Source: Lama guanicoe
Taxonomy: Eukaryota
DNA length: 64,000 nucleotides
Reading direction: 5' to 3'
NCBI GenBank assembly: GCA_013239625.1
Contig: MU053216.1
Location: forward strand, 2,384,943-2,448,942
The translations under genes and the position numbers were made by a program. Positions 26,140 through 39,974 of the stretch are shown piece after piece. Numbering within the stretch: the first letter of the stretch is position 1; every line of letters starts with the position of its first letter. Under the pieces are notes generated by a model that was given only the letters and a program-made list of their open reading frames with translations, made no database searches and was not told where the DNA came from.

Positions 26140-27294
26140 TATTTCTGGAGAGCAGGACCCTCGCTACACTTCTAGATCAATCAGTGGCAGTAACTTAAAC
26201 GCTTTCCCAGTTTCCTGGCACAGGCAGTGAAAACTTATCTCAGGGAAGATGGAGTTCACAGAACAGACTTGCAAGGAACTCCTCACCCACTGGCTTTCCG
26301 TGAGGTTGAGCTGCAGAACTGCAGAATTTGTTTTACTTGTTTGATTCTCTTTGCTCTTCCTGGGAGGAGGAGCCAGCCAGTGGTCTGCGGACTCTTCTGC
26401 GGAATTCTCATGTTTCTCTAGCGCCGATTTAAATTTCTCGAGGAGACTTACGAGTTCCCTGTACACACTGAGTCAGCCTGATATTCGAGTGCTGCAGGCA
26501 TCTGTGCTAGAGTCTCTGCGCTGTTCATCCCGCACCAGCTGCAGCCCAGTCCTTTCTGTCTTCTCAGGTACTCAGCTGATAAATTTCACTGTCCTTTCAT
26601 TGAAACTCAATGACAGCATCAAAAACCCCCTCCTCTTTAGGGATTTATAATCCCAGTGAAAAGTCAGAAGTAGGTTCAAGTTCCCGCACCACATTGCAGG
26701 ACAGCACAAATGCTTTATAACATGGTATTATGTCTTCAGCTGGGGAATCTGGAATGACCACGGGAGTGGAGCCCCAGAGCCGCAGTCTCAGGCTGTGCCT
26801 GGGGCACCGGGGAGAACACGGGGCATGGCTGGGGGTGGCTGTCAGTGCCACTCAACAGACTTCACTGAGCAGCTGCAGGCACTGCTGGAATAGGTGGTCC
26901 GGACCCAGCCTTGCCAGGCCCTGGAGGTCGAAGGTGGGCGTTTGCGCCTTGTCCTGCTGGCCACACGGGCATCACCAAGCACCTGGGGCTGGCAGGGAGA
27001 AGCCGGCGTCCCCTGTTCCGAGCTTCCCAGATGCACTTTCCCTGCCTCTTCTTCATGACCACGGCCAAACATTTTCTCGTTATTTCCTCCCCAGGACACA
27101 CGCTGCCCTCTCTTTGACTTTGCCAGTGTCTTTCCTGAGCTGTTTGTTTTCTTAGCTCCACTTCTGTTTATCCGGAACACTCGCTCCGGATCCCGCCTCC
27201 TCCGCCCAGTTTTCCTCCATCTCCTCCCTGGGCCCTACCTTTCAAGCTCATCGAAATTCCCACACAACCTTGTCGACAGTCGTCATATTCCAAC
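26140..27294 (-). pseudogene. Large (~1.1 kb) exon-like segment broken by frameshifts and stops
   Basis: Acceptor taatacag|GTTGG. Successive minus ORF pieces, e.g. YRELVSLLEKFKSALEKHENSAEES…. Confidence 0.45.
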
Positions 27295-28175
27295 CTGTAT
27301 TAAGTGTGGACATAGCTTTCCTACCAAGTTACAGAAACACCGAGCAAGACCGTTGTCCACTTCCCCCCTGTGTACACCCCCCTCCAGAAGCGAGCGGGGT
27401 CACGTCCACACGGGAACGCAGTGAGCATCGGTTGGATGGATGAACGAGCGGACAGAAAGACTGGAGCACAGGGACCACACGGTACTTCTGCAGGATTAAC
27501 GTTAAAACAAAATTCTCCAGCTGAAATTTCTTTGCACTGTGAAAGTGAACGCTTTTGGTGTGTAATTGTAGTAAAATCACATTGATTTAGAAGGTTGCCA
27601 GCGACTGCAGGGATAAGGCTGGATAAGAGAATACATTTAATGAAACGCATTGTATAATTTCCAGGACTATTTCTCTTAAGCTACAAAATATGTGCTAACA
27701 AATTAAAATCAGTTATTAAAATGTGTTTCACAGATCTATATTAAGTATATTTTCTCAAATTTTCAAGAAACAACACAAATTATGGGAGCAACATTTAGGG
27801 AATATTTACTGCACTTAATCTTTGATTGCAAATATGACTTTAAATCATATGCTGTGATTTTTACAATTAAATTTTGGAAAAAAGTTTCAAATTTTATTTG
27901 GTAACATAATATATATTGAGTTTTAACACTCAAAATTCTGAGTTGGTGAAATCTTTCCTGATGTACGAAAAAACCAAGCTGCAATCATTGTGTCTCGAAT
28001 ATTTTTGGTAACCGATGAGGGAACGGGTAGACAGATTTAGAGCAAACACAGGGCTACACATGGATTTATAACTTATTTTCTACTTCAGGGATAAATGGTC
28101 CATCCTCCTAAATTTTACTCTTCCGTAGCTTTTAAACTCTAATTCTAATTAAAACTGTAGAGGCTGCATTTCTTT

Positions 28176-28233
28176 TTTTTTTTTAACATTTTTGTTATTG
28201 AGTAATAGTCATTTTACAATGTTGTGTCCAATT
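28176..28233 (-). mobile_element. Ultra-short (58 bp) LINE-1 3' terminus with 16-bp TSD
   Basis: Reverse complement matches the 3' end of the L1 at ~39672-39727. TSD gaggctgcatttcttt at 28160-28175 and 28234-28249. Confidence 0.9.
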
Positions 28234-31119
28234 GAGGCTGCATTTCTTTGAGATGAAAACATGCCAATAAATAAATATGATGAACTGCTGGTTCAGTCCC
28301 TAGTTGAACTGCAGAAGTTCTCATCTTGCACGTTGAGAAGTTAGGCTCACTGTTTTGAAAGGGGATTATGTAATTAAACAATGTTATCAAGAAGCACATG
28401 GTCAACGCGTTCTACATGGAGATGGTCTCCTCTATGTCTCTGAACGCCTAAGACATATAATATGATCAACTTTTTTTTCCCCCCAAATGTGCCTGCCAAC
28501 AGCTTGGGATTAGGAAGAGTACTAGACTAAACACTGAATTAAAACCAGTACACAGATATTTAGAGTCTGACCTAGAAGAAACAGGAAACCTGATGACTAG
28601 AAAAGAGTGAATTTTACCCCGTTCACAGTTCTGCTGGTTCCAGTGTAAGGTGACCAGAATTCCTCAGAGTCTGGGGAAAGGACTGTTACGTTACGACAAA
28701 GTGGGAACTTTATGGACACATTATTAAATATGTAAAGACATCAGCGTGACTCAGATGAACTAGAACATAGTATGTCAACCATCAGGGTGCTGATCCGTAG
28801 ATTAAAATCACTCGGGTAAGAAACAAAAATCTCCCAGAATAGCAGCTTTCGCATAATGGGAAACAACGTTTGCTCCTTCTGCTGCTCATAGTCCAGCTGA
28901 TGCTATAATGTATTTGTTGGCCGTTATTCTTTTTTGATCTCTGTCGTGTCAAGGGCCGCAGAGTGCTGGACGCCCTTTCCCAGAGACTAACTGTCTGGTA
29001 ACACCCCAGAAACTGTGGGCGGGACACGGCCAGGCTGCCGGGGTCAGGGTCTGGGGTCAGAGCCCCTGATCCTTCGGCTTAGAGTCACAGGAGTTAGTGG
29101 TGGAGGACACGCCATGGGGTCAAAGGCACAAGTCCGGATACAAAGCAGGGAGCTTTTCTGAAAGCACAGAATTGTCCCGAAGCAGCTCTGTTGATTTGTT
29201 GGGTTTCTAGATCAGATAAGAGAAGAACATGATTATAGATGAGAAAAATATGGACCAAAAAGCCTAAGAGAAGAGAACAGAGCTGAGGAGGGACAGGGAG
29301 GCGTTTGCAGTTGACAGGGGCTGGATCTGAATGCCTGGTGGACAGAAGGCAGTATTGTTTTTGAATTTGTCTCAATTTGTTGAGTTAATTTTTGTCGAGT
29401 TGTTAACATGCAATACTCTATGAGTTTCAGCTGTGCAACACAATGATCCTCCGTCCCTTCCTCTGCTTACACGCTGGCAGTGTGGTGGGGGGTGGGCGCG
29501 CATGTTATGGCAGGGGCAGGGCAGCAGGGCCACCCAGGGGGTGTCCTGTCACCCACCTTCCCATGTGCAGGGGAGATACTTCTTCAACCCAGACTCAGTC
29601 AAGCACTTGGCGTTTCCTGCCAACAGGGAAGTGTGACTCATTCCACGATTGCTAGACGTCCAGCATTTTCAAAGATGAAGAAAGAAATTAAAAGGAAATA
29701 AATATGTGCATATGAATTATTAAAAACATCTCTCGAGTGCGTCGCTGGATGCCCTGGACCTGCACCTCGGCCATCCTTGGTGGCCGGCATCAGACTCAAA
29801 ACAGCTACTCTAAAATCTCTAAAAATCTGCTTCCTTTGGAGGAATCTGTTTGAAGGCAGACTTGTTCGAGGAGGCAGCATCACACAGAACCTTCACTTGA
29901 ATCCCAGCACTCACTGTTCCTTGGAGAGCTCAGCACGGTGCTGTGCTAATACGTCAAAGTAATTCAGGGTGGAATGCTGAGTAAGCTGTGGTTTATTCCC
30001 ACCCAATATTGTTTTCTCCTCTCCTCTCCTCCCTTTCTGTACCTCAGTGCCCCCACCCCACCCCAGGACAGAGTGTTTCTCATCTCCCTTGCCTGATCCC
30101 CCCACCCCTCCTCCAGCTCTGTGTAAAGCAGTGGGTCCTCAGCCAATCTCATACCAGAGCAGGACCACTTGGTAAAGGTGCTTAAAAATATACAGCATCT
30201 CTAGTCCCACCTAAATGCACCAAGTGAGATTCAAGACGCCACTGGCGACATTTCTTAGCGGCTGGGACTGTTCATAGCTGCAGTGAATCAGCGAGGCTCC
30301 TGGAGACAGGGACAGACTTCTGCATTTTGCTTTAAGGCCGCTAAACCTGGAAAGCGACAGAGGAAACCATTTTCACCAGTGTAAACTGTCCCTGTAAGGC
30401 CTGCCTTGCCCACGCTGTTTTTCAAACATGAAAGGCACGTAGTAAAAGAGGAGCGGCCTACGGATGTGTCCTGAATTAGCCATGAGGGTATGAAGGACTG
30501 TCACAGAATCTAATTCCCATTTATCTGCTAATTATGAAATACCCACTGACCAACTCAGAAGCAAAGTCGTAAGTGGATACAGGACTCAAGCAACTGAAGC
30601 AGTGACTTCACGCCAGTCCTGTCACAAACTCACGACGCGCACGTTCTGTGTTTCAGAATAATGCGTCACGGGGGGAGGGTGCGAAAACAGAACAGATAAT
30701 TGACAAGCATCACATGGCAACGGCATGAGAGCTGATGGCTGCACGATGAACTGGAGAACTGGCTGTCGCCTTAAGGGCCCTTGAGTTCAGAGGTTTTCAG
30801 AAACATCCTAAGTAATTTAAGTCATCATTTTCAAATGAGATCTTACATAAGACCATGGTATCAAATATTAATAAAAGCAGAGCTGGTCTGGTTGAAGCAG
30901 GAAACGGGGTCACATGCAGTCAGATCTCTGATTTTACAGAAGGGGTGACTTAGGCTCAGAGAGTTTAGTTTACAAAAGAAACCAATAAGAAAACTAAGAA
31001 TAAAACACATGCCGTTTGATTCTCAATCCAGGCAATTTTTCTCAGTAAATTATGGCAAATCCAGAGCAGAAATCCGACAATAGGAAAATTAAAGCTTTCA
31101 GGTTCGCTGATGGTATTAA

Positions 31120-31494
31120 CGTGTTTGTTAGAACTTCCACAACAAAGCGCCACAGACAGGGTGACTGAAGCTGCAAAATGTGTTTTTTCGCCTTGAAGCT
31201 CGAGGCTAGAACTGCAAGGTCCAGCCATCTGCAGGTAGGCTCCCTCCACGGCCTCTGCCCCGGCTTGTCGCCGGCCCTCCTGTCCTGCATCCTCACGTGG
31301 CCTTTCCTCTGTGCGTGTCTGTGTCCTCACTCCCTCTTCCTAGAAGGACTCCAGTCCCACTGGATTAGGGCCCTCCCCGAGCTACCTCTTCAAAGGCCTC
31401 ACTTCCAAGGACAGCCACGTTCTGGGGGGGTGAAGACTTGAACATGGTTTTGTTTCTTTGCTTGTTTTGCGGGGACACAGTTCAGCCCATCACA
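31120..31494. mobile_element. MaLR (MLT1-type) solo LTR
   Basis: …cacaacaaagcgccacagacagggtgac…cctcacgtggcctttcctctgtgcgtgtc…ggggacacagttcagcccatcaca. Confidence 0.8.
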
Positions 31495-32013
31495 ATGACA
31501 GTGCAGAACCCGATTAATTCTGGATCGCTCACACTTTCTGAAACAGAGAAGGGCCCCACATCGGACGGGGTGCTGGCCTTCTCACGTCTCAGCGCCGTGA
31601 TGTCAGAGGATGAGTCGTGACTCGCTGTGAGTGACCACCTCTGGTCAGGGTGCGGGAAGTGACACGTCACCACTTCACACAGCATTGAAACCACCAGCAT
31701 ATTGTAAGAACTGCTTTATAGTCATGCCCAAAAAATAAACTCAGGGTGGGTCTGAAGTTGATCCTACAACCCACTCACATGTATGAGCATTTTCCCTTTA
31801 AAGAAAAGAATGGCGTTAGCGACGTGCTGCTGAGAGGTTGCCCGGAGCTCGTGGCCTCTCTCTGCCCCAGTGAGTGGCCCATCCCGTCGTACCAGCAGCT
31901 GCTGGCGTCACTACGGTTCACCTCTTAAGTCTGTTTTCACCCAGCACGACTATGGGGCAGTGATGTGCGTGTGACCCCCATCTACCAGATGCGTAACAGA
32001 ATACAGGAGAAGA

Positions 32014-32040
32014 ACTAGCTAGCTAACTAACTAACTAGCA
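32014..32040. repeat. (CTAG/CTAA)n tetranucleotide microsatellite
   Basis: ctagctagctaactaactaactagca. Confidence 0.8.
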
Positions 32041-32949
32041 AACAGCTCTAGGGTTAAGCCTTATTCATGTCAGGGCTGGTCCTTCTTTGTGCCTGAATGC
32101 ATCAGAAAATACAAAGACCCAAGGAAACCTCACGCCCCATTTTGGCTAAAAAAAATCCCTGTGCCACAGCTGTGGACAGTCTGAGTCAAGGTGAGACTGC
32201 TCTGAATTTTTAAAATGCAATAAAATAAGCCCCAGACACAGAGAAAGGGCAATGCAGTTCCCTGGGTACTGAGCTCAACTGGCCACTATTTTGGACCTTG
32301 GAAGCAGCTCAGCTGAGGACACCTGACAGGCTGGAGCAGGTGGCAGGCGGCGGAGGGCACGGAGGAGAGGCCTGGGGAGCACGCAGATCTGGCCATGGCT
32401 GTGCTCCAGCCACGCTGGCCAAGTCGTGGAGAGACCTTCCAGCCCAGTGGCACTGCCGTCACCTGCTTCCAGGGCTCAGAGTCTGGAGCAGGTGTCCTCC
32501 CTTGTCTGGAGGTCGCCCTGCTGCAAATGTGATCAAACCTTCCCTCCAGTCTCCATTTCTTGGTTCTCTTTGACCTTCACATCCTGCTTGAGGCTCTGCT
32601 GTGGCCGAGTCCCACAATATTCAAGACAACTCAAATACCCAGTTTCTTACGTTTCAAAGTAACTCCCCATCCCAACCACCACTGACAATTCAAGTCACCC
32701 CGGGGCTGGGCATTAGGTGGATGTTAGAGGAGGCTCACTGGAACAACTTGCACCTCGTGAGGTACCCGCGAGGAAGCGACCTTCCCTCTCCAGGGCTTTG
32801 AGTTCCGTGAGCGACATGTGTTACCTCAAGTCAATGGCCAATTAGGGGGCAGTGTTGCTGGAAGAGGGCAAAGGAGGAGGGGAATCTTTCTGGAAAGGGA
32901 ACTTCCTCTGTGTCCCCTAAGTCTCATTCCTCTTGACTCAAACTTTTAA

Positions 32950-32993
32950 ATTTTCTTTTTTAATTGAAGTATAGTCAGTTACAATGTGTCAAT
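32950..32993 (-). mobile_element. Tiny LINE-1 3' terminus
   Basis: ttttcttttttaattgaagtatagtcagttacaatgtgtcaat, the same text as the tail of the 21.3-kb L1. Confidence 0.75.
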
Positions 32994-35354
32994 CGCTTAA
33001 CTGTCAGTTTCTGGAAAAATTATGATGGCGAAATGAAAAACAACGTTTCATAGACTGTGAAAACTGCCTCATTGACAATTTGCTCTTTAAATTTAAAGGA
33101 GTGTTTATCTTGTCTCATTTGGGGGGGGGGGTGTTATCTAAGTTAACCGAAGAACGTTTTCCTAACTTCCAAATATTTTGCTCTCGAAAAATCTGAGGCA
33201 GTCTCATATATAAACAATACAGCAGCGTGCGTGGAAGGGTTTTGGCTTTTTCCACAGCTTGTTAGGAGCGGTTTAAGTGCTTTTGTTGTGTTTTGCCACT
33301 GTTGGGAATAAGGCAAAAGAGCAGTGAGCGTCCAGGAACTCGGGCTTGGACTGCACTGCCTCGAACCCGAGCTCTGCTGGTGGCTGCGTGTGGACTTGGG
33401 GCAGTGCCTCAGTTCCGCCCTGGGCAGGAGCACCCCCTGCGCTGCAGGGCCGCTCCGAGGGCCTGGCGCCTCGTAAGCGCTCAGCAGGTGCGGCTACGCT
33501 GTCGTCCTCTCCTTTAGCTGCCCGCAGACTTCCAGCCGCCCACTTCACTTCACGTTCAGAGTCCCCAGTGTTGAGCATCTATCACGTCACCCAGAAAGAA
33601 GAAAAGTCTGAGCCACAGACCCGCAGCAGCTAAGGGTCCTAACACACCCACAGGGACTTTCAAATTAACAGCACCTAAATGTCCCTCCATTTCCCCCATC
33701 TCGTTACTATACCAACGGTTTATAAATAAACACACAGTAACTGCGGAGGGAGGCCTGGCATGTCCGGTTAGGTCGCAGCCAGCTGGGCTGAGGGCTCCTG
33801 GTCTTGGGTCAAGAGGAAGCTCCCCAGTGCTGGCCTCCAGCTGCCGGGAAAGGCCTTCCTTATTAGTCACTGCTGCCTGACGGTTTTCTCCTGACGGTGC
33901 TGGTGCGGCGTGAAGTGCTGGCCTTGCAGGCTGGGCGTGGAGATCATACTGCACCTCGCTGCTCTACTTTGAACCATTAACGCGACCACCTTGTCAAAGA
34001 AAAACTATGTAATATATTTCAAAGAGTTTCCAAGGTCAGTGTGGATTTAGTGCTATAATTAAGAGCGGAAAAAGTAAGTGGGCCTAGATGGGTAGAGATT
34101 CAGGCCATCGATGGATGCGTTACTGAGGGCCTGCCTCGTCCCCGGCATTGCTTGACCAACAATAGGACGTGGCCGGAGCCCACACACACACAGGCGTTTG
34201 CAGTCTTGTTAGAGAGACAAAACAATGGGGCATAACAGGATGGAAGAAATAGCCCTGTTTGTCACCTTTTGTCTTGACATAGTACTAATTTTTAAAAGAT
34301 TCCTTGGCAAACAAAGTCTTCTGAGCTTAGGCCAGGTGTCTGACTGCGGTCAAGCCATCGGTAAGGATGTGCAAGAGCTTCTAACCTGCATTTTGAACGC
34401 TCCGCTGGAGACCTAGGATGACAGGTGTTTCCTCATCCAAAAGCTGCTTGGCAGCCGGGGCTTAAGACAATAAAATGCTGCAGAGAAACTCCACGACACG
34501 AACCTTCTCGCCTGAGGAGACGGAGCAGCACAGGAACCGCCAGGCAGAGGCCCCCAGAGGGGCGCCCGAGGACACCTGCTCGGTGTGCGAGGCTTCTTAC
34601 CAGGGGCCCCAGGAGCCCAAGGGGCCCAGTAAGCATCAGGTGTGCGAGGAAGGGGAGGAGGAGGGGCAGGGCTGCTGACACGCACGGGCCTCCGGCCCCT
34701 CCCTCTCCCAGCCCTGGGCAGGAAGCTGAGCACGGAAGCCCAGCAGGAAGGGAGTCTGTCCTGCAAGGCTGTTCTTCTGTCACCTCCATGCTTTACATTT
34801 AATCCTCAAAAGGCAAAAACAGCGCCCAAACAGGCCTGGCCGTGGGCTTTTCAAACAGACACTAGAAACCAGATTAAGCTGGCTTCCAGATGATCGTCAA
34901 TGACCGAATAGCTGAAACCCAACTTTCTGGTTTCTAAAGGGTGTTGTATGTACACTGCAGGAGCACGACCAGGCTGCAGACGTGCCCGGTTCTCTGCAAC
35001 CAACAGCTGTGCCTTCACAGTCTGTCTGCTTCCATCCAGACAATGTTTCTGATGAACATTCAAAACTGAAGTTCTTAGCCAAAGAAAGATGCATTCTCTT
35101 CCTTACAGAGGATACACACAGGGCCCTAAGGATGTCCTGACGGGTGTGACTCATGCGTGCACTGTCCCTGAGGCCATTTAGTAAACTTATTAAAGTGGAA
35201 GGTGGTCAGCTCGGTCACCTGTGGTCGTGGGGCCCTGGAACGACACAGACAGCTGGACTTTTGGAAGGAAACAGGTATTTCTTACAGCTTCAGCCTCCTC
35301 TCTAGAGGTGTCAAGGGAGAAAGAGGAGACTCAAATTTCAGTCCCTCTCCTATG

Positions 35355-35590
35355 CCTTCTGCAGCCGACTGAATGTCTGTGCTCCCCCAGTTCAGGTGTG
35401 GACATTCTAAGCCCCCAGGTGATGGCATGAGGGGCGGGGCCTTTGGGAGTGATGACGTCATAAGGGTGGCAGGCTCTTTAGTGGGGTCAGCGCCCTTCCC
35501 GCCATGCGAGGCCACAGCGAGAAGGCAGCTCTGCACCAGGGGCAGGATCCCACCAGGACCCAACCACGCTGGCACCCAGTCTCCCACCCC
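35355..35590. mobile_element. MaLR (MLT1A-like) LTR fragment
   Basis: gactgaatgtctgtgctccccc…ggggcctttgggagtgatgacgtcataagggtggc…gccatgcgaggccacagcgagaaggcag. Confidence 0.75.
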
Positions 35591-35719
35591 GTCTAGGGTA
35601 AATTGTTGTACTGATCAAATGGACTCTGACACCTTCCATGTCAAAGCACTTGTTTTCTAATAACACAGCACAAACAATGACAGTAAGAGAACAAAGAGGA
35701 GGCAGCATGATGCGCCATG

Positions 35720-36080
35720 TCCACGCCCTTCAGAAGCTCCTCCCCTTGCGTACAGAAGGGACAGGTGACTTGCTTCTAATCAGTAGAATCAGAAGGTGGT
35801 GATCGGCTAGCATTCCCGTGACAGGTCCTGTCTTAGCCAACTGCAGTGAGAGACTCTTCTTGCTCGGGTGACGGAGCCGGCAGCCCAGGGGAGGGAGCGC
35901 TCCGCCAGGAGCTGCAGGCAGGCCCGGGACGGACAGGCACCCCCAGGGTCTAAGGGTGGTCGGCAGCTGACACTGCCGGACGTCTGTTTCTCAATTGGAG
36001 GACAGCAAGGAAGCGGGTTCTGCCCAGAACCTGCATGAGCTCGGAAGGGGCTTCTTTTCCAGGAGAGTCTCCAGATGAAA
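35720..36080. mobile_element. Older MaLR-like LTR fragment
   Basis: gtgacttgcttctaatcagtagaatc…cagcaaggaagcgggttctgccc…gagtctccagatga. Confidence 0.55.
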
Positions 36081-36363
36081 GAGACTCACAGACACAGAAA
36101 ACAAACTTATGGTCACCAGAGCGGAAAGTGGGGTGGGTGGAAGGATATATCAGGAGTTCGGCATTAGCAGATGCAAACTACTATGTATAAAATAGATAAA
36201 CAACAAGATCCTACTGTACAGCACGGGAACTCTATTCAATATCTTGGAATGGCCTAAATGAAAAAGAATATGAAAAGGAATATGTGTATGTAGCTGACTC
36301 ACTCTGCCATACATCACAAACTACCACCACATTGCAAATCGAGTGTCCTTCAATTAAAAAAAA
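36081..36363 (+). mobile_element. LINE-1 3' UTR with poly(A)
   Basis: gagactcacagacacagaaaacaaacttatggtcacc…caattaaaaaaaa. Confidence 0.9.
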
Positions 36364-36699
36364 GGCCTGGTGATTTGGCAGCACTTGTGTCTCACAGGAG
36401 TGTTAAATACACACCACATACGTCTTACATATCATGTTAACTTTAATACTTCTGTGAAGAAAACAGCATAATTCAGAAAACCTTTCTCTTCCGAGTTCGA
36501 AACAGTCTCGGTTTGCATGGTGCATCTAAACCGGTCCGCAGGTCCACCGACAGCACCAGGACCGCTCCTGCCGTCTCTTTCCCCGCCCTCGCCTTCTGCT
36601 CAGGTTGAGAGGGAGCAGGCTCTGAGCGGCTCGGTCAGATGAGAGGGCCGTGTGAAACAAGCGCTCTTGCTCAGTGTTACGAGGAAGTCTTCCACGCAG

Positions 36700-37030
36700 C
36701 AAAGGGTCTTGGTCCACACTGGCCCGTGGATGGAAGGGAGGCCCAGGGAGGGCAGGTAATTTGACCAGGGTCACCTGGCTTGTTCTTGGCAGAGGTGGGA
36801 CTTGAACTCACTGCGTGTGATTCCAAAACTCTGCTCTTAAATACTCTGCTCTGCTGCCTCTCTGTCCATTTGCCCTTTATGGACATTGTTAAAATTAAAA
36901 AACATAGTAAGACTTGGAAAGACCTAACATTCAATAGACGAGGAAACCAAGGCCCAGAGGGTGAATGCAACTTGGTCGCGTTGCTCAGCTACTTAGTAGA
37001 AAAGCCGCGAAGGGAACCCAGATTCCTTTG
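36700..37030 (-). mobile_element. Two MIR fragments
   Basis: ggaggcccagggagggcaggtaatttgaccagggtcac and tagacgaggaaaccaaggcccagagggtgaatgcaacttg. Confidence 0.6.
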
Positions 37031-37642
37031 TGTGAACCTCAGGGGGTGGGGGGTAACAGAGGAAGGTGGGAAAAAGAAAGAGAAGGAGACTTATGAGCAC
37101 TGGGAAGCCAGAATCAAGGCTGCGCTGTACTAACTGCATTGCTGTTTCATAGAAGAGCACGTACGTAAACGAAAGCCAGAAATGTGACGTGTACGTGACT
37201 TTCTGATGATAATTTACAACAACTATCTGATGGAAATACCCCCTGAACTATTTTGCTTTTTACTTGATACTAAAGCAAGTCATTTATCAAGCATCTTTGT
37301 TAGAGCAGTTGTCTCCCGAACGCCGACGCTGGGCTGGCACGAGAGAAAAAGATGAACATGGGGGTGCACTGACACTCGAGGCTCCCAAACATAAAAAGCG
37401 AAGTCTTCTACCTGTAATTCAGAACTGTTAAAAAGACTCTTTGTACACCCAACGGCCAGGATGGTCCCTGCTTATAAGAGGCATTTAAGCAAATTACTAG
37501 ACAGGAGAACAGGCCAGATGCCTCACTCAAGCTTCACACTGAAATCTTTCTTCCAAGGCCTGAAATCGCTTAGCTCTGAGGTCACTGGGTCACTCACAGT
37601 GTGAGATCAGGAGAAGACTCAGTTAATAATTTTCCAGAATCA

Positions 37643-39727
37643 GGCAAGAAAGAGAAATAAAAGGGATCCAAATTGGAAAAGAAGAGGTAAAAGTGTCACT
37701 CTATGCTGATGACATGTTACTATATATAGAAGACCCTAAAAGGTCCACACAAAAACTACTAGAGCTGATCGAAGAATTCAGCAAGGTAGCAGGTTACAAG
37801 ATTAACGTTCAAAAATGAGTTGCATTTCTTTACACTAACGATGAATCAACAGAAAAAGAAAGTAAAGAAACAATCTCCTTTAAAATAGCACCCAAAGTAA
37901 TAAAATACCTAGGAATAAATCTAACCAAGGAGGTGAAAGAATTATACACAGAAAACTATAAACCACTGATGAAGGAAATTAAAGAAGACTTTAAAAAATG
38001 GAAAGATATCCCATGCTCTTGGAAGAATCAATATTGTTAAAATGGTCACACTGCCCAAGGCAATCTACAGATTTAATGCAATCCCTACCAAACTACCCAG
38101 GACATACTTCATAGAACTAGAACAAATCATAATAAAATTTATATGGAACCATCAAAGACCTAGAATTGCCAAAGCATTACTGAAGAGAAAGAAAGAGGCT
38201 GGAGGAATAACTCTCCCAGACTTCAGACAATACTATAGAGCTACAGTCATCAAGACAGCATGGTATTGGTACAAAAACAGACATATGGACCAATGGAACA
38301 GAATAGAGAGCCCAGAAATGAACCCACAAACTTTTGGTCAACTCATGTTCGACAAAGGAGGCAAGAATATACAATGGAATAAAGACAGTCTCTTCAGCAA
38401 ATGGTGTTGGGAAAACTGGACAGCAGCATGTAAACCAATGAAGCTAGAACACTCCCTTACACCATACACAAAAATAAACTCAAAATGGATCAAAGACTTA
38501 AACATAAGACAAGATACAATAAACCTCCTAGAAGAAAATATAGGCAAAACATTATCTGACATACATCTCAAAAATGTTCTCCTAGAACAGTCTACTCAAG
38601 CAATAGAAATAAAAGCTAGAATAAACAAAAGGGACCTGATGAAACTTACAAGCTTCTGCACAGCAAAGGAAACCAGAAGTTATACAAAACGACAACTTAC
38701 AGAATGGGAGAACATTTTTGCAAATGAAACCGACAAAGGCTTGATCTCCAGAATATATAAGCAGCTCATACGACTTAATAAGAAAAAAAAAACCTCATCC
38801 AAAAATGGGCAGAAAACCTAAACAAGCAATCCTCCAAGGAAGAAATACAAATGATCAATAGGCACATGAAAAAGTGCTCAATATCACTAATTATCAGAGA
38901 AATGCAAATCAAAACTACAATGAGGTATCACCTCACACCAGTCAGAATGGCCATCATTCAAAAGTCCACTAATGACAAATGCTGGAGAGGCTGTGGAGAA
39001 AAGAGAGCACTCCTCCACTGCTGGTGGGAATGCAGTTTGGTGCAGCCACTGTGGAAAACAGTGTGGAGATTCCTCAAAACACTAGGAATAGACTTACAGT
39101 ATGATCCAGGAATCCCACTCCTGGGCATATATCCAGAAGGAATCCTACTTCGAAATGACACCTGCACCCCAATGTTCATAGCAGCACTATTTACAATAGC
39201 CAAGACATGGAAACAGCCTAAATGTCCATCAACAGCTGACTGGATAAAGAAGAAGTGGTATATTTATACAATGAAATACTATTCAGCCATAAAAACTGAC
39301 AACATAATGCCATTTGCAGCAACATGGATGCTCCTGGAGAATGTCATTCTAAGTGAAGTAAGCCAGAAAAAGAAAGAAAACTACTATATGAGATCATTCA
39401 TATGTGGAATCTTAAAAAAAACCAAAAAAACAAAGTATAAATACAAAACAGAAACAGACTCATAGACATAGAATACAAACTTATGGTTGCCAAGGGGGCA
39501 GGGGGTGGGAAGGGATAGACTGGGATTTTAAAATGTAGAAGAGATAATCAAGATTATACTTTATATAGCACAGGGAAATATATACAAGATCTTATGGTGG
39601 CTCACAGAGGGAAAAATGTGACAATGAATATATACATGTTCATGTATAACTGAAAAATTGTGCACTACAATGGAATTTGACACAACATTGTAAAATGATT
39701 ATAAATCAATAAAAAATGTTAAAAAAG
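37643..39727 (+). mobile_element. Young 5'-truncated LINE-1 (ORF2 from the RT YADD region to the C-terminus, 3'UTR, short poly(A)) with 16-bp TSD; ORF2 disrupted
   Basis: Reads [28 protein letters not shown]; ORFs 38042-38821 and 38851-39465 are clear ORF2. A stop (QK*V) at ~37816 and frameshifts disrupt it. TSD taattttccagaatca at 37627-37642 and 39728-39743. Confidence 0.97.
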
Positions 39728-39974
39728 TAATTTTCCAGAATCAACACTTCTTTTAATCTAGGAAAGTAAAATGAATAAAGAATCCCTGGCATAGTTAAAA
39801 TATTTTGAAAAAATTGGATTCAGGTTTTTTAAATGAATAGGTAGCATCTTGAAACTGGTCCAGTGAAGTCAGAGCAATCAATTCACAGTTTATAACCTGT
39901 GGATTTTAGCAGGCTTAGACACAGAGGCCACTGGTACACAGTGAATAGAATTTATATTCAGAGTGATTAAGTAC

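Noticed and set aside
38042..39465. Reverse-transcriptase-related ORFs as an active or novel RT system
   Set aside because: Ordinary 5'-truncated L1 ORF2 with a stop and frameshifts; no endonuclease, ORF1 or promoter.
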